Part shown: positions 51,866 through 64,000 of the stretch, piece after piece | Layout: the number at the start of each line of letters is the position of its first letter | Position numbering within the stretch: position 1 is the first letter of the stretch | DNA from: Oceanispirochaeta sp. | Lineage (GTDB): Bacteria > Spirochaetota > Spirochaetia > DSM-2461 | Assembly (NCBI GenBank): GCA_963666275.2 | Contig: CAXXOA010000002.1 | Location: forward strand, 768,001 to 832,000 | DNA: 64,000 bases | Direction: 5' to 3' | The notes under the pieces: generated by a model | The model's input: only the letters and a program-made list of their open reading frames with translations | Database searches by the model: none | What the model was told of the DNA's origin: nothing | Program-made: the position numbers and the translations under genes

Positions 51866-54800
51866 CAGCATTTCAGTGATTTCTGTACTGGAAAAAAGAT
51901 CTTCCATATCTGTCAGAGCCTGCTCAAAATCGTAGTTTTCTACGGAATTGACAAATTTCTTGAATTTGGGGTTCCGCTGAAATCTGCCCGAACAGCACTC
52001 CTTCATTTCGGAAAGCAGGTTAAGAGCTTCCGTATCATTCTCTTCAAGCAGCCTTTTCAGTCTGTCTACTTTCTCCGCTGATACCGAAGTTTCCAGGGAT
52101 TCGGATTCTTTTGGAACGGTCAGGGGCAGAGAGCCTTTCTTATCCTTCAGGTTCTGAATCAGGAAAGACAGCGCCGAGTTCAGGGTCTCCCTTCTGAGAG
52201 ACTGCTCCTTGTCCGGGGCATCCTCTCTCACCGCTTTCTCCAGTTCCGCTGCCAGATTCCGAATTTCACCGGCCCCTATATTTCCGGCAGAGCCCTTCAG
52301 TGAGTGGAGGAGCCGCTCCGCATCTTCGGGAGATGTCTCCAGAGTTGAGAGATACTGCCTTTTGAAATCCTCATACATGTCGGCAAATTTCAGAAGAAGC
52401 TTTGCGTAAAGATTCTGGTTCCCCTTGAGCAGATTGAGTCCTACGGCAATATCAAGACCCGGGATTTCCGGAAAGGCTTTCTCCCCGCCGGACTTGAGAT
52501 CCTGCGATTCCGTAAGTTCCGGCTGGATCGTGGCATCGATCCATTTGGACAGAACTCTATAGAGTTCCTCCGGGTTGACAGGTTTGCCTATATGATCATT
52601 CATTCCGGCTTTGAGGGATTTCTCCCTGTCTCCAGACATCACATTAGCTGTCATGGCAATGATCGGGAGGTTCCGGAACCGTTCCTCCCGGCGGATTCTC
52701 CGCGTGGCTTCATAGCCGTCCATCACCGGAAGCTGACAATCCATAAGCACCGCATGAAATGAATCTGTTTCAAGCATTTCCAGAGCCTGCTGCCCGTTTT
52801 CGGCAAGGGAGACTTCGATCCCGTAATTATCAAGCAGCTCAATGGCCACCTCCTGGTTGATCGGATTGTCTTCTACCAGAAGGACCTTTGAACCCTCCAT
52901 AATAACCTGTCTCTGATACCGGGCTTTGCTTCTGCTGATCCTGTCACTGGGATTGATATAATGGCCTGACAGACTCAGGATCGAGTTGAGAAGGGAAGAG
53001 GGCATTATCGGTTTGGCCAGGTATTCTACAATACAGGACAGCTCCTGTCCGGCCTGCAGCAGGTCATCACTGCCATAGGCGGTCGTCATGATGATCCCTG
53101 GTTTGGGGTTTATGTTTGTTTCGTTTTCTATCCGGCCGGCCAGTTCAAAACCATCGCTGCCGTCGAGATTCCAATCCAGTAAAATGAGGTCGAACTCTTT
53201 ATCCCGGGCATTTTGAATTTTATCCAGTGCCTCTTCAGATCTGGTGACACTGTCGTAATCAAAACCGAAAGAGTTCAGCATTTCAGAGAGTATGGCAAGG
53301 GTTGAGGGGTTATCATCGACTAGAAGGATTTTCAGATCTTTTGCATCGGTAAAATCCGGATACCGCAGTTCCTCTGAGCTCTGAACCTGCAAATCCACAG
53401 TAAAATGGAAGGTACTGCCTTTTCCCTTTTCACTGCTGACCCAGATCTCACCGCCCATCAGCTCAGCCAACTCTCTCGATATGGCAAGACCCAGTCCGGT
53501 TCCTCCGTATTTTCTGGTGGTAGAACTGTCGGCCTGGGAAAACTCTTTGAACAGCTTTGACTGCTGCTCCTCTGTCATGCCTATACCCGTGTCCTCCACC
53601 CAGAAATGGAATCTGCTCTTTCCATTTTTCCCATCAATCTGTCTGACCCCGACGATGATTTCTCCCTGTTCTGTAAATTTCGCCGCATTATTTGTCAGGT
53701 TTAGCAGGATCTGTTCCAGCCTTAGAGGATCCCCTACCAGAGCTGTGGGGGTTTCCACCAGGAAATCAAAAACCAGCTCCAGTCCCGCTTCTTCTACTCT
53801 GTAGCTGAGGATATTGGCCAGGTTTTCAAATACATCTTCCAGATAGAAATCAATTTCCTCCATCTCTATCTTTCCGGCCTCAATTTTCGAGAAATCCAGG
53901 ATGTCATTGAGAATCCCAAGCAGGTTTTCCGCTGCTTTGTGCACCTTGGAAACATAGCCTTTCTGCTTCTTATTCAGTCCCGACTGCATGGCCAGGTGAC
54001 TCAGACCGATTATGGCGTTCATGGGTGTTCTGATCTCGTGAGACATGTTTGCCAGGAAGTCTGATTTGATCCTTGCTGCTTCTTCTGCCGCTTCCTTTGC
54101 AAGAGCCAGTTCTCTGTCCGCTTTCTTTCTTTCAGTTATGTCCTCTACCAGCCCGTCGATAGTCAGTATATTCCCGTTATCGTCTCTCACTGGATGGTTT
54201 GACACTAGAAGCGTTTTTTCTATCCCCTCAGGATGGCGGAAGCGCATTTCAAACTGCATAAAGTTTTTTTCAGGTTCATCAAAGAAGGATTTAACAATCC
54301 TACGTCCTACCTCGATATCCTCGGGATGCCAGTTTATATTCTCCACCCAAGTGCGGCCTATTAGGTCTGCCGGATCAATCCCCATGATCGATTTGAAGCC
54401 TTCACTGCCGAAAAGAAATGTTCCATCACTGTCATGGCTGTATATAAGGAAATTCTCTCCCAGCTCTTCTATAAGCTGTTTATATTTTTTTCGGCTCTGC
54501 TCCAGTTCCTGTTCCATGGATTTCCGGTCTGTAATATCCACATTCCAGCCGGCAAAGGCTGGTTTTCCTTCATACTCAAAGGGGAATATGGATATCAGCA
54601 TATCTCTAGGTTCTCCTCCTACCTGAACTTTGGCTTCATAATTGGAACAGTACCCGTACTTCTCCAGCTGCTGTTTCAGATTCCTGTCATCCTCCGGTTT
54701 CAGATATTTGCTTCCATCGGAATCTCCGATCTGAAAACCGATTTTCTGCATCTCCGAATTCACATATTTAACTTCATTTTCCGTCATGATCATGACGCCG

Positions 54801-56656
54801 ATCGGATTGGTATCCAGAATATGGGCCAGGTTTTCCTTCTCTTTTCTTATTGTTTCCTGGTATTCCAGTTCTCTGGTAATGTCCTGCATGACCGCAACAA
54901 TATAGGTTTCCCCATCCAGTACTGTGAGGTTTACGGCAATCTCAATGGATACGGGAATATTGCCTTTTCTCAAAGCGGTAATTTTAAAGCGTTTTCCCAG
55001 GTAGTCCGGAACATCTCCCCGGCGCAATTCCATAAGAGATTCTTCCAAATTTGTTCTGAAAGGTTCCTCCAGGAGCTGTTTCAGATTTTTCCCGATGATT
55101 TCTTCTGAGCGGTACTGGAAAATCTCTTCTGCCGAAGGGCTGAAAAAGGTAATAATTCCCCTGTCAGTTGTAACAAGAATTCCATTCATCGCCGTATTGA
55201 TTATGGACTGGAGCCTATTGGTTCTCTCTTCCACCTTGAGTTCCAGTTCTTCCCGGGCTTTTTCAAGCTCTAAACGGGCGCTCTCCATTTCTGTAATATC
55301 CGTAAAGGTTTCAAGGACAAACTCCTTGCCATCCTTTTCGATCCTGTTGACCGAACGCATGACGGGAATCTGTATGCCTTCTTTTGTGATGACACGGTTC
55401 TTGAGCGCCCGGTTCTGACCCACTGAAGCCTGCAGACAGGAACTGTCATCGAGGGGGCACAGCATCCCCCGGCAGGGGTTGCCTATGATCTCCTCCGGGG
55501 TTCTGCCCAGAAGGGCCAGGGCGTGTTTGTTGATGGTTTCCACTTTGCGGGTTTCCGAATCCACCAGGAAGACTCCCGTGGGAATGGAATCAATCAGGTT
55601 GGACAGGAATTTCTCATTCTCCGCCAGTTCTCTTTGAGACTTCTCAATGGAATCTATCATTGTGTTGATTCTGTGGCTGAGCTTGCTAATCTCATCGGAG
55701 CCGGGAATCTCAGTCCTTAAACTGCTCTCTTTTTTGAAGGTAATCCTGTCTACCTGTCGGGAGAGGGTCTCCATCCGTCCCAGTATATGCCTGGAGATAA
55801 ATAGAAAGGCCGGGAAGCTGAGGGCAAGAAGTATCGCAATGACACTTATGTTGTACTGTTTATTGACTCTTCTGTTGGACATCTCTTTTGATCTGTCCAG
55901 GGATATCTCCATGACAAAAAACCGGGAATCCGTTAAATCCCGATAGGGCACTGTGGCCAGGAGGTTTTCGTGGTGCGGTCTGGAGATAACGGGGAATTCC
56001 AGTTTGAAATCTACCGGAAGTTCGTTCTTCTCTCTCCCATAAATCCTGACGGGAAATCCGAGGATCTCCGAATACCCGTCCAGAGCTGCCGGGGAGAGGC
56101 GCTGGATAAAATACATCCATCCCACCGGCTCTGAGGTTTCGTCATTATTCAGAATGGGCCTGGCTACGGCCAGTCCTGTTTCTGAGGGACTTATCTGTAT
56201 AAAACCGCTTATGATGCCGGGATCCGATTCCGTTCGGGGAGGTATTCTGTCAAGCTCTCCCAGTATGGACTGAAGGATCTCCGGGGAAGGGGCGCCATCG
56301 GCATTGGAAGCTGCGGCATGGACGATCTTTCCTTGCATATCCTTTATCACGATGGCTGCAAGGGACACCCGGGAAAAAAAGTCCAGCTTCAGGTTTGTTG
56401 AAATATAGTCGGGATCACCATTCTGGACATATTCATATGTTTCATCCCAGCTGGAATAATCCTGCAGGAGAAAATCGAGCTGATTGAACAGGAAGTTCAG
56501 GAAGCTTTCTGCCCGTTCAATCTGATGGTTCAGCTCCTGTTCCTGTATTCTGTTCTGCTGGTTCACAATGAGGAGGCCTGAGGATAGGTACAATCCTACA
56601 GCAAGAGAGAAGACCGCCGAGAGAAATACAATTGTTGAGATAATTCTGATCTTCAA
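51860..56656 (-). CDS. Hybrid sensor histidine kinase (CHASE4-HAMP-4xPAS-HisKA-HATPase-2xREC-HPt)
   Basis: DYSSWDETY (CHASE4), [21 protein letters not shown], two receivers, HSLKGSAG. Confidence 0.92.
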   Translation of the reverse strand: MKIRIISTIVFLSAVFSLAVGLYLSSGLLIVNQQNRIQEQELNHQIERAESFLNFLFNQLDFLLQDYSSWDETYEYVQNGDPDYISTNLKLDFFSRVSLAAIVIKDMQGKIVHAAASNADGAPSPEILQSILGELDRIPPRTESDPGIISGFIQISPSETGLAVARPILNNDETSEPVGWMYFIQRLSPAALDGYSEILGFPVRIYGREKNELPVDFKLEFPVISRPHHENLLATVPYRDLTDSRFFVMEISLDRSKEMSNRRVNKQYNISVIAILLALSFPAFLFISRHILGRMETLSRQVDRITFKKESSLRTEIPGSDEISKLSHRINTMIDSIEKSQRELAENEKFLSNLIDSIPTGVFLVDSETRKVETINKHALALLGRTPEEIIGNPCRGMLCPLDDSSCLQASVGQNRALKNRVITKEGIQIPVMRSVNRIEKDGKEFVLETFTDITEMESARLELEKAREELELKVEERTNRLQSIINTAMNGILVTTDRGIITFFSPSAEEIFQYRSEEIIGKNLKQLLEEPFRTNLEESLMELRRGDVPDYLGKRFKITALRKGNIPVSIEIAVNLTVLDGETYIVAVMQDITRELEYQETIRKEKENLAHILDTNPIGVMIMTENEVKYVNSEMQKIGFQIGDSDGSKYLKPEDDRNLKQQLEKYGYCSNYEAKVQVGGEPRDMLISIFPFEYEGKPAFAGWNVDITDRKSMEQELEQSRKKYKQLIEELGENFLIYSHDSDGTFLFGSEGFKSIMGIDPADLIGRTWVENINWHPEDIEVGRRIVKSFFDEPEKNFMQFEMRFRHPEGIEKTLLVSNHPVRDDNGNILTIDGLVEDITERKKADRELALAKEAAEEAARIKSDFLANMSHEIRTPMNAIIGLSHLAMQSGLNKKQKGYVSKVHKAAENLLGILNDILDFSKIEAGKIEMEEIDFYLEDVFENLANILSYRVEEAGLELVFDFLVETPTALVGDPLRLEQILLNLTNNAAKFTEQGEIIVGVRQIDGKNGKSRFHFWVEDTGIGMTEEQQSKLFKEFSQADSSTTRKYGGTGLGLAISRELAELMGGEIWVSSEKGKGSTFHFTVDLQVQSSEELRYPDFTDAKDLKILLVDDNPSTLAILSEMLNSFGFDYDSVTRSEEALDKIQNARDKEFDLILLDWNLDGSDGFELAGRIENETNINPKPGIIMTTAYGSDDLLQAGQELSCIVEYLAKPIMPSSLLNSILSLSGHYINPSDRISRSKARYQRQVIMEGSKVLLVEDNPINQEVAIELLDNYGIEVSLAENGQQALEMLETDSFHAVLMDCQLPVMDGYEATRRIRREERFRNLPIIAMTANVMSGDREKSLKAGMNDHIGKPVNPEELYRVLSKWIDATIQPELTESQDLKSGGEKAFPEIPGLDIAVGLNLLKGNQNLYAKLLLKFADMYEDFKRQYLSTLETSPEDAERLLHSLKGSAGNIGAGEIRNLAAELEKAVREDAPDKEQSLRRETLNSALSFLIQNLKDKKGSLPLTVPKESESLETSVSAEKVDRLKRLLEENDTEALNLLSEMKECCSGRFQRNPKFKKFVNSVENYDFEQALTDMEDLFSSTEITEMLS

Positions 56657-56657
56657 G

Positions 56658-57698
56658 TTATTTCTCCGTTTGATCCGGATGCTGCAGGTAGATCTCTCTG
56701 ATCTTATCCAGGTTTTCCAGAAAAATGTCTGTCAGAACCGGATCGAAATGGAGGCCTCTTTCCTCTTTTATATATTCCACTGCTTCTTCAATGGGCCAGG
56801 CCCTTTTATAGGGACGTTCACTTGTCAGGGCATCAAAAACATCTGCCAGGGCCGTGATCCTGCCTATGATCGGAATCTCCTCCCCCTTCAGTTTTCCCGG
56901 ATACCCTGTTCCGTCCCATCTCTCATGATGGGTCAGGGCGGCTGTTTTCGCAGCCTGTAATAGGGTATTCTCATGGTCTCCGATAATCCTGGCGCCGAAT
57001 TCGGCATGCTGCTGCATGATCTCTGCTTCCTCCACGGTCAGGCGGCCCGGTTTGAGAAGGATTCTGTCCTGTATGCCGATTTTGCCAATGTCATGCATAG
57101 GCGTGGCATTGAGGATCATCTCCGCCTCCACCTGATCCATTCCGATGCCTTCGGCCAGGATCCGGCAGTACTGGCTCATCCTGATAACATGCATCCCTGT
57201 TTCGTTATCCCTGAATTCCGCCGCACGGCCCAGCCGTCTGATGATTTCCAGCCGGCTTGAGTTCAGCTCTCTGGTCCTCTCCAAGACCTGTTTCTCCAGG
57301 AGCCTTTTCTGATCAAAGAGATCCAGGTGGGTTTTCACCCGGGACAGGACTATCGGAGGGCTGACGGGTTTTGTGATGTAGTCGGCGGCCCCCAGTTCAA
57401 ACCCCAGGGTTTCATCATCCACTTCTCCCAGGGCAGTTATGAAAATGACAGGAATGTTCCTGCTCCGGGGATCCGCCTTCAGCTGGCGGCAAACATCATA
57501 GCCGTCGGTACCGGGCATCATTATATCCAGGAGGATTAGATCCGGAGTGTCCGAGATGGCTATTTTCAGGGCTCTCTGTCCGTTGTTGGCGGCTTTTACC
57601 TTGTATGTATCCGACAGGATACTGGACAGGAGTGTTATGTTGTCCGGCATGTCGTCTACCACAAGAACTGTCTGCCGGGAATCTTTGCTGTTTTTCAT
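56658..57698 (-). CDS. RpfG-like response regulator (REC + HD-GYP)
   Basis: [32 protein letters not shown]. Confidence 0.92.
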   Translation of the reverse strand: MKNSKDSRQTVLVVDDMPDNITLLSSILSDTYKVKAANNGQRALKIAISDTPDLILLDIMMPGTDGYDVCRQLKADPRSRNIPVIFITALGEVDDETLGFELGAADYITKPVSPPIVLSRVKTHLDLFDQKRLLEKQVLERTRELNSSRLEIIRRLGRAAEFRDNETGMHVIRMSQYCRILAEGIGMDQVEAEMILNATPMHDIGKIGIQDRILLKPGRLTVEEAEIMQQHAEFGARIIGDHENTLLQAAKTAALTHHERWDGTGYPGKLKGEEIPIIGRITALADVFDALTSERPYKRAWPIEEAVEYIKEERGLHFDPVLTDIFLENLDKIREIYLQHPDQTEK

Positions 57699-57948
57699 CC
57701 GGTCATGATATAAGATAGATTTCCGATCCTCAATAATTACCTGCCGGGAGGGGCTTATTTTTATAGAGATTTTCCTTGAGCCCGATTCCCTGACAATCTT
57801 GACCCGTAAGAGATTTCTGACATACACTCAGAACGGTATCTAAAAAACCATTCATACTTAGCTTTTCCGTTTCCGGGCTTTCCTTTGTCTGTCCAGATCG
57901 GGATGAAATCCTGCATTGTTCAGGTCTTTATCGGAGGTCTTAAACGGC

Positions 57949-59124
57949 ATGATCCAATACCCTTTTACCGCCATTGTCGGCCAGGAAGCCATGAAGACGG
58001 CTCTCATTCTTCATGCCATCGACCCTTCCATCGGAGGAGTCCTGATCCGGGGCCATAAGGGAACAGCCAAAAGCACGGCCGTCCGGGCTCTGGCAGAGCT
58101 TCTTCCCCCTCTCCGGGTGGTAGAGGGCTGTCCTTTTCACTGCAATCCTGATGCCCGATCCCTGATTCATGAGGACTGCCGGAACAGGGTAGAAGCCGGA
58201 GAAACTCTGAAAGCTGCTGAAATTGAAGTTCCTCTTGTAGAGCTTCCTCTGGGGGCCACAGAAGACAGGCTGGTAGGATCCCTCCATATGGAAAGGGCTA
58301 TCCAGGCGGGAGAGAGGGTTTTCGAACCGGGTCTCCTGGCGGCCGCTCACAGGGGAATCCTCTATGTGGACGAAGTGAACCTTCTGGACGATCACCTGGT
58401 GGATCTTCTTCTTGATACTGCCGCCTCGGGAATCAACCGGGTGGAAAGGGAAGGCATATCCCGGGTTCATCAGTCTGATTTTATCCTGATCGGCACAATG
58501 AATCCCGAAGAAGGGGAACTGAGACCCCAGTTCCTTGACAGATTCGGCCTCTGTATCAGCGTGACAGGAGAGTCAGATATTAAAAAGAGAAGCGAACTTA
58601 TAAGACGCCGCCTTGCCTTTGAAAAGAATCCGGTACTGTTTGCAGAGTCCTGGGTCGAAACCCAGGAAGCCCTGCGGAAGCAGATTGCCGATGCCCAGGC
58701 CCGATTGCCGCAGATCATAGTTCCCGATGAAGTCCTGGATTCGGCCTCCTCTCTGGCTGTTAAAGTGGGAGCTCAGGGGCACAGGGCGGAAATCACCATT
58801 ATAAAAGTTGCCTCAGCCATCGCGGCCTTTATGGACCGGTCTACCATTTCCCACGGAGATGTTATGCAGGCCGCTGCCATGGCTCTGCCTCACCGGCTGG
58901 ACCGTTATATTGAAATGGGAGAGACCGAACTCCCGAAAGAGCTGACCGATGCTCTGGTTGAAGTCTTCGGAGAACTGCCCTTTCTCTCCAGAGAAGAGGA
59001 GCAGGATGAAGATGACAAGTTCCTGCTCTACGATCCAGACGAGGACCTTTTTCCCGGTAACTTCGCCGGGGGAATGCCCGTTTTTGCCTACCTAAAAAAA
59101 AAGCATCCAACATTGTCCTTCTAG
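57949..59124 (+). CDS. chlI: ChlI/BchI-like AAA+ chelatase subunit (0-frame product, 391 aa)
   Basis: [58 protein letters not shown]; acidic tail; GGAGG RBS. Confidence 0.9.
   Translation: MIQYPFTAIVGQEAMKTALILHAIDPSIGGVLIRGHKGTAKSTAVRALAELLPPLRVVEGCPFHCNPDARSLIHEDCRNRVEAGETLKAAEIEVPLVELPLGATEDRLVGSLHMERAIQAGERVFEPGLLAAAHRGILYVDEVNLLDDHLVDLLLDTAASGINRVEREGISRVHQSDFILIGTMNPEEGELRPQFLDRFGLCISVTGESDIKKRSELIRRRLAFEKNPVLFAESWVETQEALRKQIADAQARLPQIIVPDEVLDSASSLAVKVGAQGHRAEITIIKVASAIAAFMDRSTISHGDVMQAAAMALPHRLDRYIEMGETELPKELTDALVEVFGELPFLSREEEQDEDDKFLLYDPDEDLFPGNFAGGMPVFAYLKKKHPTLSF
59094..59103 (+). other. Slippery A9 run (A AAA AAA AAG), candidate programmed -1 frameshift / transcriptional slippage site
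   Basis: Lies inside the 59061-59124 overlap of the 0 and -1 open frames. Confidence 0.75.
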
Positions 59125-59894
59125 GGGATGAAATCCCTCTGAAGATCTCTCTGGACGAGCACCGGGTTCTGCCGGGGCGGAAACAGACCCGTCCTTCCCG
59201 CAGGGGACGGCATGTGGCCTCTGTCAAAGTCAGGGAGGGAGAACAGATTGGAGAACTGGATCCTCTGGCCACCTGTCTGGCTGCGGCCGTAAACAGGAGC
59301 GGATCGGGGGAACAGAAGGGTTTTCAGGGTATCTCGCACCGGGACCTGCGGCAGCGTCTGCGGGTTCAGCCTGTCAAAAAAACAATCCTCTTTCTGGTGG
59401 ATTCCTCCGATTCCATGCTTGTGGAAGAGCAGATCAAGCTTGCCAAGGGGGCTGTCCTGGGTCTTCTTACCCAGGCCTATCAGAAGCGCTATCGGGTGGG
59501 AGTCGTTGTGTTTCATGACTGGGAGGCAAAAGTTATTCTGCCTCCCACCACAAGCATTGCCCGGGCCCGTCATGAACTGCAGGCTGTGGTGACCGGAGGC
59601 GGAACCCCTCTGGCCCATGGTCTGGAAACGGTTCTCCAGACTGTCAAAACCGAGCGGGTCCGCCATCCCAATGATCAGCAGCAGATGATCCTCATCACCG
59701 ACGGCAGGCCGTCGGTCGCCCTTCGCCCGTCTGCCAATATCCGGGACGAGGTCCTGACTCTGGCGGATAAATTCCCCGCCCGGAACATCCCCTCTATTGT
59801 ACTTTCAACTGCAGAACCGGGCACTCTCCTCCGTGAGATAGCACTCCATCTGAAAGCCCCTTTAAGAAAGCTCCGGGATGTCATTCATGCATAA
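59100..59894 (+). CDS. chlD: ChlD-like C-terminal half with VWA/MIDAS domain, in -1 frame (fusion about 648 aa)
   Basis: -1 frame reads KASNIVLLG...RRGRHV...[10 protein letters not shown]...[10 protein letters not shown]...[10 protein letters not shown]...LITDG. Confidence 0.82.
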   Translation, partial: KASNIVLLGDEIPLKISLDEHRVLPGRKQTRPSRRGRHVASVKVREGEQIGELDPLATCLAAAVNRSGSGEQKGFQGISHRDLRQRLRVQPVKKTILFLVDSSDSMLVEEQIKLAKGAVLGLLTQAYQKRYRVGVVVFHDWEAKVILPPTTSIARARHELQAVVTGGGTPLAHGLETVLQTVKTERVRHPNDQQQMILITDGRPSVALRPSANIRDEVLTLADKFPARNIPSIVLSTAEPGTLLREIALHLKAPLRKLRDVIHA

Positions 59895-60064
59895 GAGCGG
59901 AACACACAGGAACCGTCACCAGGCCGGAGATTCCGGCAGGGGGCCGGATAATCTGATTTTTTTCTTTGATTTTTGCATTTTCCCTTCGGATCTCTTAAGA
60001 TTTTCAATAGTCATAAAGTTAATAACACGCTTATTACATTTTTAAATCTATCAAAGGAACGAAT

Positions 60065-62020
60065 ATGAATTTCTCAGTCAGGGCTAAACAGATAACCGGT
60101 TTTGTCGGTACTTCTCTGATCATTATTACAAGTCTGGGTCTGATCTCCTATTTTAATGCTCAAAGGGCTCTTAAAGCGGAAGTGGAACACAGGCTGATTA
60201 CAGAGGCGGAACAGCTTGCTGTCGGGTTTGATAACTGGATTACCAGCCAGTTCCTGGAAATCTCAGCTATTGTCAGATATCTGGAGATCGATTATTCATC
60301 CGAGATGTTTGACGCCTTGGCTGAAGAAGCCCTGCGTCTGGGGTATAACTCCATTTCTCCGGTTGACGGGGATGGAATTCTGCATCTGGTTTCAGGTGCC
60401 CAGGTGGATCTGAACAGCAGGGACTATATCCAAAAGGTCTTCAAAGAGAAAATCCCTGTGATTTCTGATCCAGTTTTCAGTGCTGTAGAAGGAGAAGAGG
60501 ATCTTCTTACGGTTCTTATTGCAGTCCCGATCTTTCGCGAAGGACATATGACCGGGGTTATGGTGGGCCAGAGGAAAGCAGAATTTCTAAGTGAATTCCT
60601 CCAGACCGTAGACAACGGGGAGGGCTCCTCCAACTATATTATTTCCAGGGATCCCTGGCCGATCGCCCATACCAATCCGCAGATGGTCAGGGACAAAACC
60701 GATGCGACCGTGCTTGAGAAGGATAATCCCCGATTTACAGGTCTGGCTGATATTATCCATAGGATGATGAAGGGAGAAGAGGGAATCGATGCCTACGGCC
60801 GGGGTAGAAACCAGGTCTATGCGGCCTATACTCCCATTGGTGACTTCGGCTGGGATGTGGCTATCAATATCCCCCGGAAAACTGCTCTTGCCTCTCTGGA
60901 CCGCTTCAAGATTCAGATGCTTATGATCGGAATATTCTGGATCGTCTTCGGGGTAGTCATCGGGATTGCTTTGGGAAATACTTTTTCACGGCCCATTAAA
61001 ATCCTTTCGGAAAAACTCAAAATACTGGCATCGGGAGATCTTTCCATCTCTGTGGATGATAAGCTGGTGGCAAGGTCCGATGAGATCGGCCTTCTGGCGG
61101 GGTCTCTCCGGGATATGTCATCCAATTTTAAGAACGTTGTCAGCCAGGTAATTGCCGCCTCTTCCAATATCGCCCAGAGCAGTATGCAGGTGAATGAATC
61201 CAGCCAGATGCTTTCCAGCGGATCTAGTGAACAGGCCGCCAATGCCGAGGAAGTCTCAAGCTCCATGGAGCAGATGAATGCGAATATCTCCCAGAATGCT
61301 GACAACTCGAACATGACAGAAAAAATTGCTTCCAAAGCCGCTGTTGATGCCAAACAGAGCGGGGATTCTGTCAAGGAAGCTCTGGAAGCGATGAACCAGA
61401 TTGCCGAAAAAATTTCCATTATTGAGGAGATCGCCAGAAATACCAATCTTCTGGCATTGAATGCCGCTATTGAGGCGGCCCGGGCGGGTGAGCATGGCAA
61501 AGGCTTTGCCGTGGTGGCTGCGGAGGTCAGAAAGCTGGCAGAGCAGAGTCAGAAAGCGGCCGGTGAGATCACAGAACTGGCATCCAATACGGTCCGCCTT
61601 TCTCAGGGGTCGGGAGATCAGCTGGCCAGGGTTGTTCCTGATATTGAAAAAACAGCCGACCTGATCAAAGAGATCAGTGCCTCCAGCAGTGAACAGCAGG
61701 CGGGAGTCGAGCAGATTACGACGGCCATTCAGCAGCTTGATCAGACCATACAGAGCAATGCGTCTTCTTCGGAGGAACTGGCGGCGACATCGCAAAATCT
61801 GGCTGCCCAGGCGGAAGATCTTAAAACTCTGATGGCCTATTTCAAGCTGGGAAACTCTCCCCGGGAGACTAAAAAAAGGACAGAAGTCAAACAGCTCCCT
61901 CCCGGTCCAGCCAGGGCTCCGGTCAGACCCCGGATGCTGCCGTCCTCAGAGCCTGTTTCGGATTCAGAACCGCCTCGTCCGGACAAAAGGGAAGAAACCG
62001 ATGATTTTGAAGAGTTCTGA
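60065..62020 (+). CDS. Methyl-accepting chemotaxis protein (dCache-HAMP-MA)
   Basis: 2 [46 protein letters not shown]. Confidence 0.93.
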   Translation: MNFSVRAKQITGFVGTSLIIITSLGLISYFNAQRALKAEVEHRLITEAEQLAVGFDNWITSQFLEISAIVRYLEIDYSSEMFDALAEEALRLGYNSISPVDGDGILHLVSGAQVDLNSRDYIQKVFKEKIPVISDPVFSAVEGEEDLLTVLIAVPIFREGHMTGVMVGQRKAEFLSEFLQTVDNGEGSSNYIISRDPWPIAHTNPQMVRDKTDATVLEKDNPRFTGLADIIHRMMKGEEGIDAYGRGRNQVYAAYTPIGDFGWDVAINIPRKTALASLDRFKIQMLMIGIFWIVFGVVIGIALGNTFSRPIKILSEKLKILASGDLSISVDDKLVARSDEIGLLAGSLRDMSSNFKNVVSQVIAASSNIAQSSMQVNESSQMLSSGSSEQAANAEEVSSSMEQMNANISQNADNSNMTEKIASKAAVDAKQSGDSVKEALEAMNQIAEKISIIEEIARNTNLLALNAAIEAARAGEHGKGFAVVAAEVRKLAEQSQKAAGEITELASNTVRLSQGSGDQLARVVPDIEKTADLIKEISASSSEQQAGVEQITTAIQQLDQTIQSNASSSEELAATSQNLAAQAEDLKTLMAYFKLGNSPRETKKRTEVKQLPPGPARAPVRPRMLPSSEPVSDSEPPRPDKREETDDFEEF

Positions 62021-62146
62021 CAGATCTGATCTGCCGCCGGAGAGCTTATGAAGGTTTCATCAGATCGAATCTATATAGAATTTTCCGATTCACCGGGCAA
62101 AATGTGGGGTTGGAACAGCGGAACTTTTTGATTACCCTATATTCTA

Positions 62147-62190
62147 TTTCGCCGCATCCGGATCCTGACAGATTGCGGATGCGGCGGAAA
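62147..62190. repeat. GC-rich inverted repeat (terminator or REP-like)
   Basis: gccgcatccg (62151-62160) / cggatgcggc (62176-62185), extended by tttc/gaaa. Confidence 0.55.
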
Positions 62191-62267
62191 TTCCTTCTTC
62201 TTCAAAAAACTTATATAAAATTTCAGATTATTCCTGTCCCTCCTGAAAAAAGGTTATATTATATAAA

Positions 62268-62327
62268 TTAGCTAAGACTATCTCTTGACCCGAAATATTA
62301 ATGCTGATAAACTTTAGGTGAATCAGA
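62268..62327 (+). promoter_or_regulatory. feoAB promoter (TTGACC-N17-TAAACT, extended -10) with possible DtxR-type boxes
   Basis: -35 at 62285-62290, TGn-TAAACT at 62305-62313; TTAG-N6-CTAT at 62268-62281. Confidence 0.5.
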
Positions 62328-62354
62328 TCAATACTATCCCTGGGAGGACAGATT

Positions 62355-62609
62355 ATGAAGCTTGTTGATTGCACGGTTGATAAAACTTATAACATTGCTA
62401 CGATCAATACGTTTGATACGGGGATGAAGGATTTTCTTTTTTCTCTGGGTTGCTATCCCGGTGAGAATATCACCCTCATATCCCAGCTGTCATCCAATTA
62501 TGTTATCAACGTTAAAGATGCCCGCTACAGTATTGATAGAAACCTCGCTTCCGCCATTGAAGTGCAGGAAATGGATAATCAGAACTCTCTGAAAGAGAGT
62601 GTTGTCTGA
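62355..62609 (+). CDS. feoA: Ferrous iron transport protein A
   Basis: FLFSLG.YPGE.I, YSIDRNLA..IEV; GGAGG RBS; directly upstream of feoB. Confidence 0.88.
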   Translation: MKLVDCTVDKTYNIATINTFDTGMKDFLFSLGCYPGENITLISQLSSNYVINVKDARYSIDRNLASAIEVQEMDNQNSLKESVV

Positions 62610-62722
62610 TTTTTTTTACCCCGTAACTTAGGAGAGCATAACAATATTCATCTATAATAATTATGGCTGAATCTGCAGTGCCTCCTGTATATATGACTCA
62701 ATAGTAATTGAAGGAGAGATAG

Positions 62723-64000
62723 ATGAAGATTGCTTTAGCAGGTAATCCGAACAGCGGCAAAACAACGTTGTTCAATGCCATTACAGGGAAAATTGAACAT
62801 GTGGGGAACTGGGCCGGTGTCACAGTTGATAAAAAAGAAGGGCTTGTTAAGGCTTCCCTGAATCCCGGAAAGGAGCCGGTCACAGTTGTTGACCTGCCGG
62901 GAGCCTACTCCATGTCCCCCTACACAAACGAAGAATCCATCACCAGGGATTTTGTGCAGAACGAATCTCCCGATGTCATTATTAATATAGTTGATGCTGC
63001 CAATATGAGCAGAAGCCTCTTTTTTACCACCCAGCTGATGGAGCTGGGGATTCCGGTTGTGATTGCTCTCAACAAGAGCGATCTTGTGAGAAAACAGGGC
63101 ACTGTGATCGACACCCTGCTATTGAGTGAATCCCTCAGTGCTCCTGTTGTTGAAACAGTGGCTGTGAACAGTGCGGATAAAGGACTCCTGAGTCTGCTTG
63201 AAGCTGCCGCCCTTGTATACGGTGAAAAGAAAAAACAGATTCCTCTTCCTGTCCGGGGCGCTGGAAATGCCTCCACCAGGGAAGAAATGGAAGAGGTGGA
63301 CAAAAAGAGGTTCCACCTTGTAAAGAAAATTGTAGAGCAGGTAGAGCGGAGAAAACTGGACTCTTCAAAACAGTCTCTTCAGGATAGAGCCGACAAGATC
63401 GTAGCCAGTAAATGGCTGGGACTTCCTATTTTCGCCCTTATTATCTGGCTTGTTTTTTCAATCTCCCAGTCCTGGGTCGGCCCCTGGATGGCTGATCTTC
63501 TGGTGGGCTGGATCGATGGTTTCTACGGCCTTGTGGAATCGGTCATACCCGAGTCGACCAATGCTGTACTCAGATCTCTCCTTCTCGATGGTATCATCGG
63601 CGGCGTCGGAGCAGTGGTGGGATTCCTTCCCCTTATCATGGTGCTCTTCTTTATGCTGGCTCTTCTGGAAGATTCCGGATATATGGCCCGGGTTGCCGTG
63701 ATCATGGACGGATACTTTAAAAAGATCGGTCTTTCGGGAAAGTCCATCATTCCGATGATTGTGGCAACAGGTTGTGCCATTCCGGGAATTATGGCGACAA
63801 GAACTATCAAGAATGAACGCCAGCGCCGGACAACAGCCATGCTTTCTCCCTTTATGCCCTGTGGTGCTAAACTGCCTATCATTGCGCTTTTTGCCGGTGT
63901 TTTCTTCAATGACAACGCCTGGGTGGGAACATCCATGTATTTTCTGGCTATCGCAGTCATTATCCTCAGTGGCCTTGTTATCCGTGCTATTACCGGAGAC
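62723..64000 (+). CDS. feoB: Ferrous iron transport protein B (cut by window end; not in ORF track)
   Basis: Manual translation MKIALAGNPNSGKTTLFNAITG..EHVGNWAGVTV, DLPGAYS, NKSD, LEDSGYMAR, GCAIP, PFMPCGAKL. Confidence 0.93.
   Translation, partial: MKIALAGNPNSGKTTLFNAITGKIEHVGNWAGVTVDKKEGLVKASLNPGKEPVTVVDLPGAYSMSPYTNEESITRDFVQNESPDVIINIVDAANMSRSLFFTTQLMELGIPVVIALNKSDLVRKQGTVIDTLLLSESLSAPVVETVAVNSADKGLLSLLEAAALVYGEKKKQIPLPVRGAGNASTREEMEEVDKKRFHLVKKIVEQVERRKLDSSKQSLQDRADKIVASKWLGLPIFALIIWLVFSISQSWVGPWMADLLVGWIDGFYGLVESVIPESTNAVLRSLLLDGIIGGVGAVVGFLPLIMVLFFMLALLEDSGYMARVAVIMDGYFKKIGLSGKSIIPMIVATGCAIPGIMATRTIKNERQRRTTAMLSPFMPCGAKLPIIALFAGVFFNDNAWVGTSMYFLAIAVIILSGLVIRAITGD

Noticed and set aside
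57699..57948. Possible cobalamin riboswitch before the chelatase gene
   Set aside because: No GGGAA...GCCACTG / B12-box core visible.
59214..59894. VWA ORF as an independent GTG-start gene
   Set aside because: Disfavoured, not excluded: the frame is open and ChlD-like upstream of the GTG, back to the A9 run.
1..64000. CRISPR arrays, tRNA/rRNA, IS elements, prophage or defence genes
   Set aside because: No repeat-spacer arrays, RNA gene signatures, transposase, integrase or recognisable defence domains seen by eye.

Overview
A gene-dense 64 kb bacterial chromosomal segment. It is probably from a free-living spirochaete (Spirochaetaceae-like); this is inferred from the MCP content and the repeated 'FAGGxQE'-type N-termini of solute-binding proteins. 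No rRNA, tRNA, CRISPR, transposase or prophage is recognisable. Transport: four ABC systems (BMP/nucleoside, LacI-controlled sugar with PfkB/GH4/SIS enzymes, PhnCDE linked to SurE and a HAD protein, polar amino acid), SulP, a membrane pyrophosphatase and feoAB. Signalling: two MCPs (one frameshifted), two histidine kinases, two response regulators, and GGDEF and HD-GYP proteins. Enzymes include a Tat-exported flavoprotein and a RimK/RimB pair. The two strongest signals are (1) a chlI/chlD-type chelatase gene split exactly at an A9 run (ctA AAA AAA AAG), with the VWA domain in the -1 frame, the signature of programmed frameshifting giving two subunits from one gene, and (2) an ammonium transporter fused to a GGEEF diguanylate cyclase behind a sigma54-type promoter. 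Functional calls come from recognising motifs by eye; no database searches were run.
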